A DNA stretch of 32,892 nt from a virus (lineage: Duplodnaviria > Caudoviricetes), in IMG/VR virus record IMGVR_UViG_3300027804_000148, positions 1 through 32,892 of that record. One strand, written 5' to 3'. Of this stretch, positions 17,365 through 26,334 are shown in pieces. Numbering within the stretch: position 1 is the first letter of the stretch; each line of letters begins with the position of its first letter. The notes under the pieces were generated by a model. That model had not been told where the DNA came from. It saw only the letters and a list, made by a program, of their open reading frames with translations, and did no database searches. The position numbers and the translations under genes are program-made.

Positions 17365-18222
17365 ATGCCATTTATTAGTACTGTAAGAGGTTCATATGGA
17401 CCATTAACAAGACGTAGAAATGTTCTTGGAAGATTAAATTCTGCTTCTAATGGTGGAAGCCTAACAGTTGCTGGCGGTTACAGAATACATACATTTACAT
17501 CAGGAACTTCTAATTTCAATGCAGTTGGTGAAGGTCCAGTAGAAATATTTATTCTTGGCGGTGGCGGTGGCGGTGGATCTGGAGAATCTGGAGCGGGTGG
17601 TGCAGGCGCTGGACTATATAATTCTTCTTTAAATGTAACAGAAGGTGCTACAAGTGTTACTGTTGGGGGTGGTGGCTCAGGGTATCCAAGTGGTAGTTGG
17701 GGATCTTCAAACGCTGGATATGCTGGATCTCCTTCTTTATTTGGCTCAATTCAAGCTAATGGAGCAGCAGCATCACAAGCAGGTAATGGAGGAAATGGCG
17801 GATCAAACCCAAATAGCAGTTATAGTGGATTTACAAATTATTCTTATAACGGAGGTTCAGGAGGAGGTCGTGCTGGTGGAGGTGGAGCAGGAATTGCTGG
17901 AGATGGTCAAGCTGGGGGAGCTAGAGGCGGAGAATGCGGTGGAAACGGTGGTGCTGCAAGAACCTTATCAATAAGTGGATCTTCTGTTGACTATGGAGGC
18001 GGCGGAGGCGGCGGTGGAGCTAACGGATGTGGTTCTAGATCATCTGGTGGTGGAGCGGGTGCAGGATCTGGACTACAATCCTCACCAGGAACAGCTGATT
18101 CTGCTTCTATACCAAACAGAGGCTCTGGCGGAGGCGGCGGAGGTCATAATCATGGTTCTGGAAGTACTAGTGGTGGTGGCAGTGGGTCTTCTGGAGTTGT
18201 AATAGTTAGATATCCTGCATAA
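17365..18222 (+). CDS. Tip/adhesin 3: glycine-rich (polyglycine) domain protein
   Basis: GGYRIHTFTS, ILGGGGGGG, VTVGGGG, YGGGGGGG, GGSGSSGVVIVRYP, typical of phage glycine-rich domains. Confidence 0.75.
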   Translation: MPFISTVRGSYGPLTRRRNVLGRLNSASNGGSLTVAGGYRIHTFTSGTSNFNAVGEGPVEIFILGGGGGGGSGESGAGGAGAGLYNSSLNVTEGATSVTVGGGGSGYPSGSWGSSNAGYAGSPSLFGSIQANGAAASQAGNGGNGGSNPNSSYSGFTNYSYNGGSGGGRAGGGGAGIAGDGQAGGARGGECGGNGGAARTLSISGSSVDYGGGGGGGGANGCGSRSSGGGAGAGSGLQSSPGTADSASIPNRGSGGGGGGHNHGSGSTSGGGSGSSGVVIVRYPA

Positions 18223-18919
18223 TAATATTATTCTTAATTTCTTTAAGAATTAATTCTTTATGATTAAATCTATTATACATATTACTCATAGGCACTATTT
18301 TACGCTTTTGATTCATATTTAAGTTACGTGCATCATTTAAAAAAGCATTTATTTTATCTGTTACTAAAAATTGAATAAAATTAATTGGCTCTTTAGTATG
18401 AAATCTAATATAACTATAAACTTCATTTTCTTCTATCTTAAATTTATCTGATTCTTCTTTAAGAAAGAATGGAAATTCTGTATTTCTAAACCATCTGCCT
18501 ATATCAAATTGTCCTGGTATTGTATGACAGTTTTTAGTTATATTATTGTTTTCAAAATTAGGAAACTCATATGTTGTCATAAGTAAAGATGGCTGGTCAG
18601 TAAAAAATATATACTGTTGACTAAAGGAAAACCATTTTTGATTGATATCTCTTATTACTACATGATCGTTAAAGAATTTTTCCGAGTACATGTTTGATTT
18701 TACTGCACCATCTTCAAGATAAAACTCATAGTCATATATGCTTCTTAATTCATAAAGATTAGTTAAATAATCATTAAATGCTGGACACCTATTTATAGAT
18801 GCTAATTCAGAATTATCATTAGATTTAAAATTATTATAATACTTTTTTGAAACAGCGGTTGGCCGAGAAGCCCTCATCCATTCATATTCATTACAAGCCC
18901 AATAAATATTAATAGTCAT
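18206..18919 (-). CDS. Hypothetical protein, DUF6065-like (possible dUTPase-like beta fold)
   Basis: RCPAFNDY..NLY, IPGQFDIGRWFR, YSYIRF; long ORF TAATG-coupled to the upstream minus-strand gene. Confidence 0.55.
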   Translation of the reverse strand: MTINIYWACNEYEWMRASRPTAVSKKYYNNFKSNDNSELASINRCPAFNDYLTNLYELRSIYDYEFYLEDGAVKSNMYSEKFFNDHVVIRDINQKWFSFSQQYIFFTDQPSLLMTTYEFPNFENNNITKNCHTIPGQFDIGRWFRNTEFPFFLKEESDKFKIEENEVYSYIRFHTKEPINFIQFLVTDKINAFLNDARNLNMNQKRKIVPMSNMYNRFNHKELILKEIKNNIIMQDI

Positions 18920-19638
18920 TATTTATAATCTTTCTTCTGCCAAAAATAATTTCTATATCCATCATATATATATTTTCTAACAGAACTCTTCCTTGAAAGC
19001 ATTTCTTTTTCATTAAAATTTTCTAGTCCCATTTCCCAAGAATCTCTTTTTAAAGGTATCATTTGATACATTGGAGTTCCAGCAGGAATTATTGTTTTAT
19101 TAAATTCTTTTTTTAAGAAAAATGGATATGCTCCATGTATTTCGTGATAAAATTTATCTGAATCTATAATTCCAGTTAAAGAGTAAAATGGAAGATCTGT
19201 TCTATTAAATGGTTGAGTTAGTATCGTAGAATACCCATTAGGAGTTTTTGGTACCCAAGGCTCAATCCATACAAATTCTATTGGAAAATATTCAGAAGTT
19301 ACATCTAACATTGTTGGAGCAAACCTATAATTAACTTGTTCTGGTCCCATGGGATATCCAATATCTACAACATAATTACCTTCAGAATCCTGATCTACGC
19401 TAATAAAAATATCGCTCCAGGTTTCTTGGATGTATCCAGAAGTTAGGGTATCTAAAAAAGGCATACATTGTTTTAAATTAACATTTAGCTGAGTCCCGTC
19501 CTTTTTAAATTTGGGATTGCTTTTATCAACTGGTTTTATTTTTTTGTACCATTCTGGTACGTACGCTTTTGCTGGTTTTGGAGGCGGAACTAAGTTTACT
19601 ACATCTTGGGAAGATGGATAAAATGTTATTTTTTTCAT
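18919..19638 (-). CDS. Hypothetical protein, DUF6065-like (possible dUTPase-like beta fold)
   Basis: PPPKPAK.Y.PEWYK, KQCMPFLD.LTSGY, PW..KTP.GYS.L...P.N..DLPF..L.GIIDSD, IPAGTPMYQ.IP.KRD.W, Y...FWQKK.Y. Confidence 0.62.
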   Translation of the reverse strand: MKKITFYPSSQDVVNLVPPPKPAKAYVPEWYKKIKPVDKSNPKFKKDGTQLNVNLKQCMPFLDTLTSGYIQETWSDIFISVDQDSEGNYVVDIGYPMGPEQVNYRFAPTMLDVTSEYFPIEFVWIEPWVPKTPNGYSTILTQPFNRTDLPFYSLTGIIDSDKFYHEIHGAYPFFLKKEFNKTIIPAGTPMYQMIPLKRDSWEMGLENFNEKEMLSRKSSVRKYIYDGYRNYFWQKKDYK

Positions 19639-19661
19639 TTTTCTCTTTCTCTACTATTGTA

Positions 19662-19685
19662 ATTATAGCATTTAAATGGTAAACT
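19662..19685. promoter_or_regulatory. Back-to-back divergent extended -10 promoters
   Basis: Minus TGC-TATAAT (19670-19662) and plus TGG-TAAACT (19677-19685) around palindrome CATTTAAATG; plus-strand ATG 6 nt downstream (leaderless). Confidence 0.65.
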
Positions 19686-19691
19686 ATCAAT

Positions 19692-20063
19692 ATGCCAATA
19701 TGGAGAACAACACATAATATTTTAAAAGCGCCTTGGGAAAGCGACGTATTTGATGATAACTGGATGAATTACGATAGTATACAAACTCCACCTTATAAAG
19801 AGTGGGATTATAAAAGAGAACTTCAGTTAGAGGATGTTAGCGTATGGGAAGTTTTGCATGAAGGTTCTGGTTTTATGGGAGTTTATGCAGCATGGGATCC
19901 GTATGCAGAATTTTATCTGGTTACTACTGGATGCTGTAAAATGGAAACGTTTTATGGAAAAGGTGCTCAAAAAAGATTAAAAGAATATTTAAAAGAGCAT
20001 GGCATTAAATTAAATAAAAACGAAGTTTGGGTTGAAACAGAAGACATGTGGCTTTATGAATAA
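19692..20063 (+). CDS. Hypothetical Trp-rich protein
   Basis: 123 aa with 8 Trp; GVYAAWDPYAEFYLV; overlaps the halogenase start. Confidence 0.65.
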   Translation: MPIWRTTHNILKAPWESDVFDDNWMNYDSIQTPPYKEWDYKRELQLEDVSVWEVLHEGSGFMGVYAAWDPYAEFYLVTTGCCKMETFYGKGAQKRLKEYLKEHGIKLNKNEVWVETEDMWLYE

Positions 20064-21576
20064 CATTGTAGTTGTAGGTGGCGGAGCTTCTGGATGGTTA
20101 ACAGCATTATACTTAAAAGCAGTATATCAAGATAAAAATATAACAGTAATAGAGTCATCAGAGATAGGCATACTTGGAGCTGGTGAAGGAGCTACGCCGC
20201 ACCTGATATCTTTATTAGAATTTTTAAATATACCAGTTTATGAATTAATATTAAAATGTGATGCTACCATTAAAAATGGTATTAAATTTACAAATTGGAA
20301 TGATGATGGTAAACATTTCTATCACTCTTTTATTCCAAAAGATAACATTGGCTTTGATATTGTCAAAATAAACGATAAGGTTTTGCCTATTTATAGTTCA
20401 GTTTTATCTGCATTATATTTAGAAGATAGCCTAGAACCAGTAGATTTTGGCGCAAAGATTAGTGAAGATAGTAAGGTTCCATTTTTTAAAAATAAAGATG
20501 GACAATATGAGGTTTTAAGTAATTATTCCATTCATTTTAATGCAGTAAAATTTGCGGGAATGCTAAAAGAAATAGCGGTGTCTAGAGGCATACATCTTGT
20601 AGATGGCATTGTTGATAATATAGTCGTAGATAATAACAATAATATAAAAAGCTTAGTTTTAAGTAATAAAAAAATAGTAGATGTAGATTTTGTGTTTGAC
20701 AATAGCGGATTTCATAGAGTTATTATAGGAAAACATTTTAACGCTAAGTGGAAAAGTCATTCTGAGTATTTACCAGTAGATTCTGCAATTCCTTTTTTTA
20801 TTTCACAAGATAAAGAAATTCCTCCATACACAGAAGCAATAGCAATGAGATATGGATGGATGTGGAAAATTCCACTACAATCAAGATACGGTTGTGGATA
20901 TGTATATGATTCTTCTTTAATATCTGAAAAAGAAGCAGTAAAAGAAATAGAAGAATATCTCGGGTTTGAACCAGAATATCCAAGAAAAGAAAAGGGCGGG
21001 TTCAAGTTTAATGCAGGATATTATGAAACCCCATGGGTGAATAATTGTATTGCAATAGGGCTGGCATCTGGTTTTATAGAGCCGCTTGAAGCAACTTCAA
21101 TTTGGGTTAGTATAATGTCACTAGAAAGAATACTAAGTAGTTCAGAAACATTAGAATCATATAATCAAAAAAATATAGATGACTTTAATTCATATTTTAA
21201 ATCAATTAATGATCAAGTTGTAGATTTTATTTATTTTCATTATATGTCTAAAAGGTCCGACACAGATTTTTGGAAAAAGTTTAAATATGATAATGCTCCA
21301 GAAAACTTAAAATCTTTACTAAATACTTGGGAGTATAGGCTGCCAAGATTTGATGATTTTTTTGGAAAAATATGGATACTGTTTAATTGGATATCTGTGG
21401 CTGCTGGTATTAAAAAAATAAATAAAGAAAAAGTTTTAGAAGCTCAAAAAAAATCTATTGGACAACATTACGGATTTTTACAATATGAAGAATCTGTAAG
21501 AAGGCAAAACGATATGGCAAATGCATGTATTAATCATAAAGAATTTATAGGAAAAATTAATGCGTCTAAAAACTGA
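20056..21576 (+). CDS. Flavin-dependent halogenase, tryptophan halogenase (PrnA-like) family
   Basis: VVGGGASGW (FAD), GAGEGATP, ATIKNGIKFTNW (catalytic Lys position), GWMWKIP (WxWxIP), GFIEPLEATSI, HY..RSDTDFW. ATG 20056 overlaps the upstream gene end (ATGAATAA). Confidence 0.9.
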   Translation: MNNIVVVGGGASGWLTALYLKAVYQDKNITVIESSEIGILGAGEGATPHLISLLEFLNIPVYELILKCDATIKNGIKFTNWNDDGKHFYHSFIPKDNIGFDIVKINDKVLPIYSSVLSALYLEDSLEPVDFGAKISEDSKVPFFKNKDGQYEVLSNYSIHFNAVKFAGMLKEIAVSRGIHLVDGIVDNIVVDNNNNIKSLVLSNKKIVDVDFVFDNSGFHRVIIGKHFNAKWKSHSEYLPVDSAIPFFISQDKEIPPYTEAIAMRYGWMWKIPLQSRYGCGYVYDSSLISEKEAVKEIEEYLGFEPEYPRKEKGGFKFNAGYYETPWVNNCIAIGLASGFIEPLEATSIWVSIMSLERILSSSETLESYNQKNIDDFNSYFKSINDQVVDFIYFHYMSKRSDTDFWKKFKYDNAPENLKSLLNTWEYRLPRFDDFFGKIWILFNWISVAAGIKKINKEKVLEAQKKSIGQHYGFLQYEESVRRQNDMANACINHKEFIGKINASKN

Positions 21577-21853
21577 ATGGCTTACAGCCTTAAAAACAAT
21601 GGGAAACAAAGATTATTGGAATAAAGCAAACACTGTAGAATTTTTTGCTTTTGTTGCAAAGGGCATTATTATTATCCCAGGACTCCTATTTGATATAAGC
21701 ATATGGTGGTTGTATATATTTGCCCTTGTTTCCAGCCTAGGCTTGATTTGGTCTTCTACTGTAAAAACTATACCAACCTTAATATGGTTCAATATTCTAT
21801 GGAGCATACTAGCTACACTATTCATACTAAAGCACTTTGGGTTGATATTATAG
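21560..21853 (+). CDS. Small membrane protein, about 3 TM helices
   Basis: Three hydrophobic stretches, 7 Trp; overlaps the halogenase end by 17 nt. Confidence 0.65.
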   Translation: MRLKTEWLTALKTMGNKDYWNKANTVEFFAFVAKGIIIIPGLLFDISIWWLYIFALVSSLGLIWSSTVKTIPTLIWFNILWSILATLFILKHFGLIL

Positions 21854-21859
21854 TATAAT
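21854..21859 (+). promoter_or_regulatory. -10 box, leaderless
   Basis: TATAAT 6 nt before ATG 21866, no SD. Confidence 0.55.
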
Positions 21860-21865
21860 TGACAC

Positions 21866-22159
21866 ATGACCTCAGCACTAGGATTCCCGTCCAACCCAAC
21901 CCTTAACCAGGAGTATACGGTGGGGTCTAAGACATTTAAATGGAACGGCACAGCTTGGGGAATAGTAGGATCTACAGGATCAACTTTAACTCAAGAAGAA
22001 GTTCAAGATTATGCAGCACCACTTTTGAATCATTCATCCCATAATAATTTAACAGCATCATATAATGATGCTACAAATAAAATTATTTTAACTGCATCTG
22101 GCGGTGGAGGTGGCGGAGGAACCGCAGATTTAGAAACAGCTTGGTGGTTAGGAGTTTAA
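21866..22159 (+). CDS. Small fibre-associated structural protein
   Basis: FPSNP..NQ.Y.....FKWNGTAW plus E.VQD....L....H..LT.SY.D..NKI.L module shared with fibre 2. Confidence 0.6.
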   Translation: MTSALGFPSNPTLNQEYTVGSKTFKWNGTAWGIVGSTGSTLTQEEVQDYAAPLLNHSSHNNLTASYNDATNKIILTASGGGGGGGTADLETAWWLGV

Positions 22160-22160
22160 T

Positions 22161-22487
22161 ATGGCAGGTATTCAAAGATTAGGAATTGTAGATGATGCAA
22201 CAGGAACCGTATATGGTTCTGGCAACGAAGCATTTGCAGCAACTGGAAATTATTTAGTATCAGTTATTGCAACTAATACAGCAGCAACAGATGCTGAAAT
22301 TTATGTATATGTTGTTCCAGATGATTGGGAATCAAATACAGAGTGGGGATTAATAGCATACAAACTACCAGTTCCCGCATATAATAGTTATGAAACATTT
22401 AGATTTGGAGTAAATAACACAGACTCAGTTTGGGTAGCAGGCTCTGCTGGAGTTAGATACTTTGTTCAAGGAATTTTGCAGGTTTAA
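22161..22487 (+). CDS. Small beta-rich virion protein (hypothetical)
   Basis: Tightly packed in the structural cluster; VSVIATN..A.IYVYVVP..IAY beta-sandwich pattern. Confidence 0.55.
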   Translation: MAGIQRLGIVDDATGTVYGSGNEAFAATGNYLVSVIATNTAATDAEIYVYVVPDDWESNTEWGLIAYKLPVPAYNSYETFRFGVNNTDSVWVAGSAGVRYFVQGILQV

Positions 22488-22497
22488 GGAGAAATAA

Positions 22498-22917
22498 ATG
22501 CCAGGTTACGCACATCCAATAGAGGCTACAGCAAGTCAAGGTTCACTAAAGAGCATTACTGCTTTAGTTGGTGACATAGACAATCCAGCACCATTTTATA
22601 CTGCCACCACAAAAACAAAAGTTTTGTCGGTGCTAGCAAGCAACACACTTGGAACTATTCTTCCAGTTAAGCTTTATATTTATAGAGACATTACAGAGTC
22701 AGAATTTTTGGCTTCAGAGGTAAGAGTTCTAAGCCATAAGTATATGGTCCAGCAACTGGTCTCAGGAGATTTAAGAGTAGACGATAAGGCGGATCCAGAG
22801 GTCGGAAGACATAAGGTCATAACTGAATTTGTTCTAAATGTTGGGGATAAGCTAATGGCTACATGCCCAATAGAGGATGTAATGGTGCTTACAGTAAGCC
22901 TTGAAGAGGGCATTTAA
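22498..22917 (+). CDS. Small beta-rich virion protein (hypothetical)
   Basis: AAGGAG RBS; YT....KVLSVLASN...FVLNVGDKL...LTVS.EE pattern. Confidence 0.55.
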   Translation: MPGYAHPIEATASQGSLKSITALVGDIDNPAPFYTATTKTKVLSVLASNTLGTILPVKLYIYRDITESEFLASEVRVLSHKYMVQQLVSGDLRVDDKADPEVGRHKVITEFVLNVGDKLMATCPIEDVMVLTVSLEEGI

Positions 22918-22921
22918 ACCA

Positions 22922-22950
22922 TTGCTAGATAAGATTTTTTATGATACAAT
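22922..22950 (+). promoter_or_regulatory. Promoter for cassette 4
   Basis: TTGCTA-17-TACAAT with extended TG. Confidence 0.62.
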
Positions 22951-22983
22951 TACAAAAGGAAATAAGCTTGAAAGGATTAACTA

Positions 22984-23244
22984 ATGGCCCAAGAGTTAAT
23001 TGAAATTGACGGAGATTACTCAAGTAACATTGAGAATCTTGTCGATAAAGCATTTTATGGCGTAAGACAAGATACGTCTACAGGCAGGGCATATATAGAT
23101 ATTATTAAGGGTGATGAACCTATTCGTTTGCCCAACGAATTTGAAACTCGCTCTGATGATTACCTTAATTGGATGTGGAGTTACAATACATTCCGCTACA
23201 GTTTTGATACAAATACAGGGCGACTACAACTGGAGGTCTTATAA
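22984..23244 (+). CDS. Fibre adaptor protein (paralogue of the 14826 C-terminal half)
   Basis: FYGVRQD..TGRAY...I.LP...DDY.NW..S...F.Y.FDT..G.L.LEV; TAATG-coupled to fibre 4. Confidence 0.6.
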   Translation: MAQELIEIDGDYSSNIENLVDKAFYGVRQDTSTGRAYIDIIKGDEPIRLPNEFETRSDDYLNWMWSYNTFRYSFDTNTGRLQLEVL

Positions 23245-26200
23245 TGGCACAAATTTTAGATTTAGGTAAACTTCGTTTTAACTGGAAAGGTGAATATTCA
23301 TCTTCGGTTGAATACTCTTACAATGACATTGTAAAGTACGGGCCAAATCTGTATGCATATAAAGCTGTCACAGCTTCTACTAACGTAGCACCTACATCAG
23401 ATTCATCAAAATGGGCGGTAGCATCAGAAGGATTTGCTTGGAGAGGTACATATACAGCAGGCACTCTATATTATGATAATGATATCGTAACAGATGGAAC
23501 TAGTTCATATGTAGTAACAGCTCAGCACACAGCGCCAACTCCAGCAGGCGCTTTGCCAAATACAAACACAGTTCTATTTGCTTTAGGTCAAGAAGGAATT
23601 CCAAATCAGGCATCTAATGCTGATAAGGTTTTAACAACAGACGGAACAGACACATCTTGGACCGCCACAACTAAATTAACAAAAACTTATACTGGTAATT
23701 CACAGGGATCTGCAGCACTAGGATTTGAAACATCAGCAGATCTTACAAACACAATGTCAGTATTTTCAGGATCAGTAAACAATTTTGCACAATTTTCAGT
23801 AGTTAATTTGAGCAACGGTACTGATGCCTCAACAGATATTATTGCTTATGCAGCAGATGGAACAAATGATCATGGCTGGATCGATATGGGTATCACAAGT
23901 AACGACTTTGACGCTGAAACTTATGGAATTACTGGCCCGCATGATGGATACATATTTATGTCAGCTCCTCAAGGAGATATATATGATGTTGTTTCAAAGA
24001 AAATTCTTGCTGGAACAGCAACTCTGACAACATCTTTACCACACGGGTATACAGCAGGAGATATTGTTCGTGTAACAGGAGTAGGTTCTTCATATGATGG
24101 AAAGCACACAGTAACAAGCGCTCCAACATCAGTAACATTTACATTTGCTACATCTGGATTGCCAGAAGCAGAAACTGCTTTAGATCCAGCAGGACTTACA
24201 TGGGCTCCAGCAGGAGACGGAAACCTTGTTTTAGCAACATCTGAAACTGGTTTAGATAACAAGATTGTATTTGCTGCAGGCGGATTAACTGCAGGTAATA
24301 CACAGATGGAGATTACTCCAGATACAAACGTTCATATTGAAATCGCTACAGAATCAACCTCATCTACAACAGGTGCTTTAACCGTAAATGGTGGAGTTGG
24401 TGTCGCAGGAAACCTTTACATGCAGGGAGACCTTGATGTAAATGGAGATGTTGATTTCTCTGGCGTACAGCACCTTCCAATCGGAGCAGGAGCAGTAGAA
24501 TTTGGAGAGACATTAACAAATCCTGTTATTACTGCAGTTGCAAATAGCTCTGACTATCAGCAGATTTCTTTCAAGAATCTAAATTCAGGTGTAAATGCTT
24601 CAACAGACTTTATTGCATACTCAAACAGTGGAACAGATAATGCTGGCTACATTGACATGGGTATTACATCATCTAACTTTGCCGATCCAGACTTTACAAT
24701 TACTGGTAAGGGCGACGGTTATATCTTTATGGTTGGCGCAGAAGGCGGAAACGATCAAGGTAATCTAGTATTCGCAACTGGCGACACAGGTTCACAGAAC
24801 AAGATTGTATTCGCCGCAGGTGGTTTGGCAGATGATAATACACAAATGGTTATTACACCAAATCAGAATATTCATATTGAAATTCCAACAGCCTCAACAT
24901 CACCAACAACTGGTGCGCTTACAGTTGTGGGTGGCGTAGGTATTACTGGAGATGTAAACATCGCAGGTAATATCGTATTCGGAGGAGAAGGAACTCAGGT
25001 CGGAACTGCAAACCTTGCAGTTGAAGCACCATTTATCTTTACTGGAGACGGATCAAGCTCTCTAATTAACGATCTTGGATTGGTTACAGAGGGTAAGTAT
25101 ACTCTTACTGGATTGCTTCCATCTCGTAAAGTTGTAAATAAGGCACTTACCTCAAACGTAGCAACACTTACAACATATCTAGATCATGGATTCCTAGTCG
25201 GAGATTCAGTAGTTGTTTCATCAGTTGATGCAACATTCAACGGAACATACACAATTACACAGGTTCCAACAACTAAAACATTTGCATACGCAAAAACTGC
25301 TGGAGACGTGCCAAGCACATCTATTGGAAATCAAACTTTTTCAATCAATAATAAGTTGCTTGTATCTAACGTAGCAACTCTTACTACTACAGCAACGCAT
25401 CCATATCTTGTTGGAGAAGAAGTTGTAGTAACTGGTGTTGATGCAACATTTAATGGTACTTATACAATTACCGCAGTTACAAGCAATACATTCTCTTATG
25501 CTAAGACTGAAGCTAACGTAACTTCAACAGCAGTAAGCCCAGCAGGTACAGCGGTAGTAAATCAGTCTGCATCTACAGCGCTTGTAGCTGATCCAGTACG
25601 TACTCGCTACAGCGTTTGGTCTAAGGATGCAACAGATGGCAAGTGGAAGCTTGTATCTAATGTTACAACAAAGCCAGATACCACTGTAGATTATAATGAG
25701 GCTGGAGTAGAATATGATGGAATCAAGGTTGGTTCAGTAGAATCAACTGGAGCTCTTAGCGGAACATCTTTAGCTCTTACATCTACACTAACTGGTGGAG
25801 CTTCATCTAATATCGCAATTAACACAGATAAGTTTACAGTAGCGGCATCAACAGGTAACACTGCAATCGCAGGAACACTTGGAGTTACCAGCACAGCTAC
25901 ATTTAATGGAACAGCTAATTTCAACGGTGGAGTTAACATCGCTGGAGCAACAAGCATTGCTGAGTTCCGTGAAGAAGTAGGAAATATTACCCTATCTTCT
26001 AACGTAGGAACATTCGATTGGACAGCAGATAACGTTTACTATATCGCAACTGCGCCAACTGGAGCAATGACATTTAACTTTACAAATGTCCCTACAGATA
26101 ATAACTACATGCTAACCACTAACGTCTTTGTTACACAAGGATCAACTGGTTACATCCCAACAACATTAAATATTAATGGAGCAGCTCAGACAATTCGCTG

Positions 26201-26324
26201 GGCAAATGGTCTAACACCTACAGCGACAAATGGAGCTGGCAAGATTGATATCTTCTCATTTACAATGCATCGTACTGGAAGCAGCACATGGATTGTATAT
26301 GCAACAGCTAACCAGAACTTCTAA
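23244..26324 (+). CDS. Tail fibre 4 (paralogue of fibre 3, with extra inserted beta domains)
   Basis: DLGKLRFNWKG, two IDMGIT repeats, three ATLTT..H.(Y/F)..G..V.V..V...(Y/F).G..T(V/I)T domains, C-terminal GKIDIFSF domain. Confidence 0.78.
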   Translation: MAQILDLGKLRFNWKGEYSSSVEYSYNDIVKYGPNLYAYKAVTASTNVAPTSDSSKWAVASEGFAWRGTYTAGTLYYDNDIVTDGTSSYVVTAQHTAPTPAGALPNTNTVLFALGQEGIPNQASNADKVLTTDGTDTSWTATTKLTKTYTGNSQGSAALGFETSADLTNTMSVFSGSVNNFAQFSVVNLSNGTDASTDIIAYAADGTNDHGWIDMGITSNDFDAETYGITGPHDGYIFMSAPQGDIYDVVSKKILAGTATLTTSLPHGYTAGDIVRVTGVGSSYDGKHTVTSAPTSVTFTFATSGLPEAETALDPAGLTWAPAGDGNLVLATSETGLDNKIVFAAGGLTAGNTQMEITPDTNVHIEIATESTSSTTGALTVNGGVGVAGNLYMQGDLDVNGDVDFSGVQHLPIGAGAVEFGETLTNPVITAVANSSDYQQISFKNLNSGVNASTDFIAYSNSGTDNAGYIDMGITSSNFADPDFTITGKGDGYIFMVGAEGGNDQGNLVFATGDTGSQNKIVFAAGGLADDNTQMVITPNQNIHIEIPTASTSPTTGALTVVGGVGITGDVNIAGNIVFGGEGTQVGTANLAVEAPFIFTGDGSSSLINDLGLVTEGKYTLTGLLPSRKVVNKALTSNVATLTTYLDHGFLVGDSVVVSSVDATFNGTYTITQVPTTKTFAYAKTAGDVPSTSIGNQTFSINNKLLVSNVATLTTTATHPYLVGEEVVVTGVDATFNGTYTITAVTSNTFSYAKTEANVTSTAVSPAGTAVVNQSASTALVADPVRTRYSVWSKDATDGKWKLVSNVTTKPDTTVDYNEAGVEYDGIKVGSVESTGALSGTSLALTSTLTGGASSNIAINTDKFTVAASTGNTAIAGTLGVTSTATFNGTANFNGGVNIAGATSIAEFREEVGNITLSSNVGTFDWTADNVYYIATAPTGAMTFNFTNVPTDNNYMLTTNVFVTQGSTGYIPTTLNINGAAQTIRWANGLTPTATNGAGKIDIFSFTMHRTGSSTWIVYATANQNF

Positions 26325-26334
26325 AGGAGAATAA

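Noticed and set aside
17558-18200. GGN runs as phase-variable repeats or G-quadruplexes
   Set aside because: Explained by polyglycine coding with mixed synonymous codons.
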